Positions 58,644 to 64,000 of a DNA stretch of 64,000 nucleotides are shown piece after piece. The stretch is from Myxococcota bacterium (GTDB lineage Bacteria; Myxococcota_A; UBA796; GCA-2862545). A program made the translations under genes and the position numbers. Numbering within the stretch: the first letter of the stretch is position 1; each line of letters starts with the position of its first letter. The stretch spans positions 1 through 64,000 of the forward strand of contig JBCCQY010000034.1 of NCBI GenBank assembly GCA_039208735.1, in the 5' to 3' direction. Under the pieces are notes generated by a model, which did no database searches, was not told the origin of the DNA, and worked only from the letters and a program-made list of their open reading frames with translations.

Positions 58644-59471
58644 ATGCCCGACTCCCTGTTCACCGTGCATCGTAGTGCCGTCTCAGATCCCGGCTCCTCG
58701 GGCGCTCCACAGGTGTGGTTGCTGCACGGGGTCTTCACCGACCACCGACTGTGGGATCCGGTGTTGCCCGCCCTACATGGGCTCGACGTCGTGCGACTCG
58801 ATGCCCCAGGTCACGGCGAAGCCGCCCTTGACCGTGAGATGCCTTCGTTGATGGACCAGGTCGACGATCTGGCCGAGCTAATTCGTGCCCGTGCGCGCCA
58901 CCCGGTCGTCTTGGCCGGCCATTCCTGGGGAGGCATGCTCGGCCTGCGACTTGCTGCCGCCAAGCCGGATGTTCTCGCTGGACTCGTGCTGACAAACACG
59001 CCGCTGCGGCGCAATTCGGGAACCAGCCGGCTCGGCTTCAGGGCCCAGCAGCTTCTGCTGTGGGCTGGGTTTCCGCTCGGCTCGTACGGGCGAATCGCGG
59101 CCCGGTCGATGTATGGCCATGAATACCAACGAACTCATCCCGAGGTCCTCGACACGACTGCGTCGACCCTGAAGCGTCTCGGGCGCCGTGGAGCGCGGTC
59201 CACCCTACAGCGGGTGCTCCTCGAGCCCGAGGATGCCATCGACCTTCTCGCCGGGCTTAAGGTTCCCGTGACCTTGCACGCGGGGGTCGACGACTACGCG
59301 GGCAACGATCAGGTGCGTGCGTTGGCGTCGACGGCCGGCCACCCGATTCACCATCATGAAGGCGGGCACATGGGGCCCGCCGAAGCCCCTCTGCACCTTG
59401 CGGAGGCCATTCGCGGCATGGTGCAGGCCCTCAACCCTGAAGGGTCAAGGCTGAGCGTCCTTGAACAATGA
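58644..59471 (+). CDS. Alpha/beta-fold hydrolase
   Basis: LLHG, DAPGHG, GHSWGG nucleophile elbow, GVDD, GGHM; GGAGG RBS. Confidence 0.9.
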   Translation: MPDSLFTVHRSAVSDPGSSGAPQVWLLHGVFTDHRLWDPVLPALHGLDVVRLDAPGHGEAALDREMPSLMDQVDDLAELIRARARHPVVLAGHSWGGMLGLRLAAAKPDVLAGLVLTNTPLRRNSGTSRLGFRAQQLLLWAGFPLGSYGRIAARSMYGHEYQRTHPEVLDTTASTLKRLGRRGARSTLQRVLLEPEDAIDLLAGLKVPVTLHAGVDDYAGNDQVRALASTAGHPIHHHEGGHMGPAEAPLHLAEAIRGMVQALNPEGSRLSVLEQ

Positions 59472-60026
59472 ACGGAATTCGCCATACCCCTTCGCTTCTA
59501 GCTCCTCGACAGGGATGAAGCGCAAGGACGCCGAATTGATGCAGTAGCGAAGACCGGTCGGCGCGGGGCCATCGTTGAACACATGGCCCAGGTGACTGTC
59601 CCCGTGCTTCGACCGGACTTCGGTCCGCACCATGAAGTGCGTCGTGTCGCGCTTCTCAACGACATGCCGGCGCACCAACGGCTTGTAGAAGCTCGGCCAA
59701 CCCGTCCCGCTCTTGAATTTGTGCGTCGACGAGAAGAGCGGCTCACCGCTCACGATGTCAACGTAGATTCCGGGTCGCTTGTTGTTCCAAAACTCGTTTG
59801 AGAACGGACGTTCGGTTCCGTCCTGCTGCGTCACCCGGTACTGCAGTTCGGTAAGGCGCTTTCGGATCTCCGCATCCGATGGCTTGGGGTAGGTTTTTGA
59901 CGCGTCGACCTTGACTTCGTCAGCCACCGGAGGTCCCGCGATGGCACCGTCGTACCAACGGCTCCCAATCGCAATCGCGATCAGCACGATTGCGACGGCC
60001 AAGCCCTGTCCGACCAAGTTCCTCAT
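59445..60026 (-). CDS. msrB: Peptide-methionine (R)-S-oxide reductase with N-terminal signal/anchor
   Basis: [44 protein letters not shown]; no CxxC zinc motifs. Confidence 0.96.
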   Translation of the reverse strand: MRNLVGQGLAVAIVLIAIAIGSRWYDGAIAGPPVADEVKVDASKTYPKPSDAEIRKRLTELQYRVTQQDGTERPFSNEFWNNKRPGIYVDIVSGEPLFSSTHKFKSGTGWPSFYKPLVRRHVVEKRDTTHFMVRTEVRSKHGDSHLGHVFNDGPAPTGLRYCINSASLRFIPVEELEAKGYGEFRSLFKDAQP

Positions 60027-60122
60027 GGCGCCACTCCTCTACGTTCGCGAGTCATATCCTTCTGTATGCGACGCTGGCGCAGCGTTACGCGGGGCGTAAC
60101 CGCATCCCAGTTCGAAGCTCGC

Positions 60123-60932
60123 TCAGTCCGTAATTCGGTGATCGATACGCCAGACCTTGTCGCACGGTCGGCAAAGCGAGGTGGGCAATCCGGAGTTGCG
60201 CCGCGTGCGTCCCGAGACGGCCTTGAACACCGGGCCGCTGTTGTCCTCGTCACACTGGATACAAGCGTTCGGAGCACCATCTTCGTCATGGTACGGGGCA
60301 TTCAGCAGGCTGATACACGTCTCGAGACAGACTTGGCCCGTGTGGGCCGTGTTGTAGGCCCAGATCTCGGCGCACCGATCGGTAAAGCCGAGCTCCTTCA
60401 GGCACGGAACCGAGTCCAGCGGATCTCCGCCGAAGCTTTCGAGGCCACACTGACGCACGGGGGTTGTCAGGTCCTGCTGCTCGATGTAGACAGCCAAATC
60501 CTCGAGCGAAGAGCACATTCCACAGGGTCCGCCGTGCGTGACCCTTGCCCCTTCCTCCCAAGCCGCCTCCTGACTCGCGAAGGATTCCAGGCGATAGGTC
60601 AGTTCGTCTGCGTCGAGCACAGTCAACCCACAGACGCCCCCTTCATCCAGGGACCACTTCGCAGGCTCGGTGTAGGGATCCACCGTCAGGGCATTCGCAG
60701 GATTGTCCAACGTCCATGCACGCAACGCGGCGAGGTCGTCAGGGGTGTAGTCGGGCACCGCCCAAGTGGCGTCACCCGCCGTCACCTCCGACTTGCAGGC
60801 ATCGGTGGTGAGTCCAGTATTTTTGCCGGGCATCCCGAACAGGTGGTCACACGTGGCGTCGGTCCACGGAGTGACATCTCCTTGGTCGATGGGGACGGCA
60901 CAGGACACGAAGACGAGGAGAAGACAGCGCAT
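60123..60932 (-). CDS. Cys-rich hypothetical lipoprotein
   Basis: FVSC lipobox; THGGPCGMCSS...CIQCDEDNSGPVFKAVSGRTRRNSGL. Confidence 0.8.
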   Translation of the reverse strand: MRCLLLVFVSCAVPIDQGDVTPWTDATCDHLFGMPGKNTGLTTDACKSEVTAGDATWAVPDYTPDDLAALRAWTLDNPANALTVDPYTEPAKWSLDEGGVCGLTVLDADELTYRLESFASQEAAWEEGARVTHGGPCGMCSSLEDLAVYIEQQDLTTPVRQCGLESFGGDPLDSVPCLKELGFTDRCAEIWAYNTAHTGQVCLETCISLLNAPYHDEDGAPNACIQCDEDNSGPVFKAVSGRTRRNSGLPTSLCRPCDKVWRIDHRITD

Positions 60933-61027
60933 GCCCGGAGGATAGAGCAGCCCTGCGCACGGGTCTACCGCTCAGACGCAATCGACACCACGTTAGAGTC
61001 GAAGCCGGCAACATCTCCGAGGTTTCC

Positions 61028-61537
61028 ATGATTTGGTTGGTGCTGTTCGCGTGCGATTCACCATTGACGGAGTTGGCAACCACGTCTTCCCCGAGTACTC
61101 CTCCGAAGACGTCGACCGAACCCGAAACGAACGCTCCGAAGGACTCGTCGGACCCCGCCCCCACCGGGATGACCGGAACCCCGATGACCAACACAAAACC
61201 GCCCTGCGACCTCGACGATGTGGAGCGGGCGCCGGGACCGGGTTGGTCCGATAGCTATTCGGTTGACGGACGCTGCTACTGCGACACGACATACGACCAC
61301 GACATCGGTGACGTGATGGTCGACACGCCGGTGGGGCCCCGCACGGTTCGCCAGATCTGTGAGGCGATTGGACCTGGGCCAGGGGCCGATGGCAATCCTG
61401 TGTACAACGATGTGCAGTGCGGGAATGGGCCTCCCAACAACGCAGGCGACGAGGACTGGTGCCCGGGTCGGGTGGACCAAGGCAAGGATGGGTGTTGCAC
61501 GACTGGACCGACCTGGGACCTAAGCCTGGTGCAATAG
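61028..61537 (+). CDS. Cys-rich hypothetical lipoprotein with Pro/Thr linker
   Basis: GAGG RBS; MIWLVLFAC; WSDSYSVDGRCYCD...YNDVQCGNGP...CPGRVD. Confidence 0.8.
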   Translation: MIWLVLFACDSPLTELATTSSPSTPPKTSTEPETNAPKDSSDPAPTGMTGTPMTNTKPPCDLDDVERAPGPGWSDSYSVDGRCYCDTTYDHDIGDVMVDTPVGPRTVRQICEAIGPGPGADGNPVYNDVQCGNGPPNNAGDEDWCPGRVDQGKDGCCTTGPTWDLSLVQ

Positions 61538-61610
61538 GGCTTTTTCAGGCGTCAGGCCGGCAGCCGCAACGGTTCGCGCGGCTGACGCATCCCTGGACTA
61601 CAATCCGAAT

Positions 61611-61865
61611 ATGAAACCCGCCCATTTGCCTACGTTGTTGCTTGTGGCCAGCTCAGCCGTGGGTTGCCCTGGCCCCATCATCGCTCCAATGGCGCCTCCG
61701 GTCGACACGAGCGAGATTGCCCCAATGCCACCTCCCGATACAAACGACACGAGCGAAGCGCCCATGCCGCCTCCGGATACCAGTGACACCGGCCAGGCTC
61801 GGGCCGTTCCTGCGTCGCTGTCGCCCCCACCTTCGAGGCCCCCGCTTGTCCGACGCACCGTCTGA
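61611..61865 (+). CDS. Small lipoprotein-type peptide with three APM(A/P)PP-DT repeats
   Basis: MKPAHLPTLLLVASSAVGC signal/lipobox; repeats differ mainly at synonymous codon positions. Confidence 0.72.
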   Translation: MKPAHLPTLLLVASSAVGCPGPIIAPMAPPVDTSEIAPMPPPDTNDTSEAPMPPPDTSDTGQARAVPASLSPPPSRPPLVRRTV

Positions 61866-62826
61866 CGACACCCAGCTCGACCCTCATTGGGCGACGTGGA
61901 TTGCCGAGAACCTGCTTCGCGGAGCGCCGCCTCGCGATTTATGGGCGGTGCTGGAATCCGAAGGAGTGCCCCCGGATCGCGCCCGAGCCGAGGTCAACGC
62001 CCTGGACGGCTCTGCCGCACTGGAGGCGGCCCGGCGGGTCATGGGCCGATCGGCGGGCGTCGAGCAGGCGGCCCGCTTGGTCCGCGCCCATGCGCAAGCC
62101 GGTTGGGAGGTCGACTCACTCGACGACACCACCTTCGAGCTGGGCTACCGTTCGGCTCATCGGCCGGTCGTCTTTCGCCAGGGCGCTCGGAATTGGCCGG
62201 CGCTCGAATGGACGCATCGGGGGCTCGCTGAACGAGTGGGGGAGGTCGAAGTCGAGGTGTTGCGGGGTCGTTCCGATCATGCCCAATGGTGGCTCAAGCG
62301 GGAGACGCTGCGCACGCGGATTCGCTTTGCCGAGCTTCTTGAGCAGTGCCTCGAAACCACGGGAGACGATCTCTACGCCGTCGGCCGCAACGACCTGCTT
62401 GACGAGCCCGGATTGGCGGTCCTCAAGGACGAAATCGGCCGCCTGCCAGGTTGCAAGACCGATCCCGGGGCCCGCCTGTGGATTGGGCCGGCGGGGACCC
62501 GAACCCCGCTTCACCACGATCAGAACAGCGCATGGCTGGTCCAGGTCGAAGGCCAAAAACAGATTTGGATCGCGAGCCCGCTCGAGCCGACCCTGCTGGA
62601 CTCGGCGCAGGGCGTGTTCAATCGCTTCAAGCCGGATTCCGCTCCGCCAAACGACCCGGTGCACTGGCGAACAACGACGCTTGAACCAGGAGATGCGGTG
62701 TTCTTACCAGTGGGTTGGTGGCATCAGGTGGTGGCCATCCGTCCATCCATCTCGGTTTCGCTCGGTCACCTGAACGGGGACGTCCCCGCGACGTGGTACC
62801 ACCCCGGCCGTCGCATGCCCGGCTAG
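61846..62826 (+). CDS. JmjC/Cupin_8 2OG-Fe(II) oxygenase with N-terminal helical extension
   Basis: GAGG then TTG 61846; RPVVF...WPA, LWIGPAGTRTPLHHD, QVEGQK, LEPGDAVFLPVGWWHQV. Confidence 0.9.
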   Translation: MSDAPSDDTQLDPHWATWIAENLLRGAPPRDLWAVLESEGVPPDRARAEVNALDGSAALEAARRVMGRSAGVEQAARLVRAHAQAGWEVDSLDDTTFELGYRSAHRPVVFRQGARNWPALEWTHRGLAERVGEVEVEVLRGRSDHAQWWLKRETLRTRIRFAELLEQCLETTGDDLYAVGRNDLLDEPGLAVLKDEIGRLPGCKTDPGARLWIGPAGTRTPLHHDQNSAWLVQVEGQKQIWIASPLEPTLLDSAQGVFNRFKPDSAPPNDPVHWRTTTLEPGDAVFLPVGWWHQVVAIRPSISVSLGHLNGDVPATWYHPGRRMPG

Positions 62827-62854
62827 GGGTCGGCGGTTGATGAGCGTCGCCGCT

Positions 62855-63748
62855 CTACTCGCTACGGCCGACACCCGCGAGGCGGGGCGCCGCATGCGTA
62901 AACGCCTCAGCCATGTGGTCCATGAAGGCACGCACTCGGGTCGTGCTGCGAAGCTCCCGCAGGGTAAGTAGCCAGACGTCGTGAGCATGCTCCTCGAAGA
63001 TGGCACTGATTCGTCGAACGCCGGGCCAGGCGTCTCCTTCAATACACGCAAACAGACCGACGCCAGTGCCCGCCCGCAACGCGCATTCCCGGGCCCGCGC
63101 GTTCTCGTCGAGTCGCAGTACGTACTCCCCGCCGGGGGCGTGGGTCTCGAGCCAACGATCGAGCCAGGCTGCGGCAGGACCTTCACCCCATCCGAGCCAC
63201 GGATAGGCCTCCAGAGGAGCCTCTTCGCCGACCCTCGCGACCAAGGCGTCCGCTGCGTAGACGGCGAACTGCATACGGCCGACCTTTCGACCCACGAGGT
63301 ACTCGGGCGGCTGGTTCGTAAGCCGCAGGACCACATCGGCCTCGCGACGGGTGAGTGAGACGCGGTCGAGCGAGGTGTCGACCGCCAGATCCACCTCGGG
63401 GTAGCGCTCCACGAAGGAAGCGAAGGCATCGTGGAGGTTGCAGAAGAACAGATCCATGGTGGAGACCCGAAGCGGACCATCCAGTCGGGTGTCGCGACCG
63501 AGCATCCGCCCTTCGGCCGCGTGCACATCTCCCTCGATCTGCTCCGCGACCTCGGAGAGGTCTCGTCCCGCTACGGTCGGCACGAGCCCCTCGGGCGTCC
63601 GATCGAACAAGCGCACGCCGAGGGTGGACGCGATGCGGCGAAGTCGTCGCCCCACCGTCGTGTGGGTGACCCCAAGCTCCTTGGCGGCCCGGGCCAACGT
63701 TGGAGCACGGGTGAGCGCGAGCACGTAGCGGAGGTCATCCCAATCCAT
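62855..63748 (-). CDS. LysR family transcriptional regulator
   Basis: MDWDDLRY...AAKELGVTHTTVGRRL...LFDRT...PTVAG; READVVLR. Confidence 0.93.
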   Translation of the reverse strand: MDWDDLRYVLALTRAPTLARAAKELGVTHTTVGRRLRRIASTLGVRLFDRTPEGLVPTVAGRDLSEVAEQIEGDVHAAEGRMLGRDTRLDGPLRVSTMDLFFCNLHDAFASFVERYPEVDLAVDTSLDRVSLTRREADVVLRLTNQPPEYLVGRKVGRMQFAVYAADALVARVGEEAPLEAYPWLGWGEGPAAAWLDRWLETHAPGGEYVLRLDENARARECALRAGTGVGLFACIEGDAWPGVRRISAIFEEHAHDVWLLTLRELRSTTRVRAFMDHMAEAFTHAAPRLAGVGRSE

Positions 63749-63857
63749 GTGTGCATTCTTGCACGCCCCACGAACATCCCTGCTTCTTCCTTCCATCCGC
63801 ACGGAGACCTACGTTTCATATCCAAGCGGGCTCCGCAGAGACCCCAGGAGGTTGGTG

Positions 63858-64000
63858 ATGAATGCGCTGGTCGTACCCAGGTACGGGGCTCCCGAGGTGG
63901 TCGAGATCGTCGCGATGGCCGAGCCGAAGGCAGGGCCAAGGGAAATCCTCGTCAGGGTCCGGGCGACCACCGTGAATTCGGGCGATGCACGAATCCGAGC
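63858..64000 (+). CDS. NAD(P)-dependent MDR-family oxidoreductase, N-terminal part; runs off window
   Basis: AGGAGG RBS; MNALVVPRYGAPEVV...PKAGPREILVRVRATTVNSGDARIR; divergent from LysR. Confidence 0.85.
   Translation, partial: MNALVVPRYGAPEVVEIVAMAEPKAGPREILVRVRATTVNSGDARIR

Noticed and set aside
61642..61845. N-terminal extension of the JmjC ORF
   Set aside because: Better explained by the repeat peptide in another frame; RBS + TTG at 61846
1..64000. rRNA, tRNA, IS elements, integrases or prophage
   Set aside because: None recognised by eye; tRNAscan-SE, Infernal and ISEScan would be needed to exclude them

Overview
GC-rich bacterial DNA with a Myxococcota-like gene repertoire (Ser/Thr kinases, FHA protein, TIGR02996-type proteins, AgmX/PglI-type domain, many short-signal lipoproteins); the taxon is inferred, not measured. 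About 48 CDSs; I recognised no rRNA, tRNA, CRISPR array or transposase. Highlights: (1) a tightly coupled biosynthetic operon at 19894-26771 (-): ThDP-dependent carboligase, KAS III-like enzyme with a non-canonical active site, and a stand-alone KS-AT-KR-ACP polyketide module, followed by a SARP/STAND regulator and preceded by an AT-rich promoter with direct repeats. It is a candidate acyloin/furanolide-type pathway. (2) A small lipoprotein-type peptide with three APM(A/P)PP-DT repeats overlapping a JmjC oxygenase gene (61611-62826), a candidate peptide-modification system. (3) Five membrane histidine kinase homologs with no receiver domain in the window, including one lacking ATP-binding boxes and one with a 1-nt frameshift. 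(4) A kinase-TIR-like-TM-FGE fusion and a pseudokinase-STAND-TPR protein. (5) A 28-aa membrane ORF missing from the ORF track and several operator-like palindromes. All family calls come from motif recognition by eye; no searches were run.
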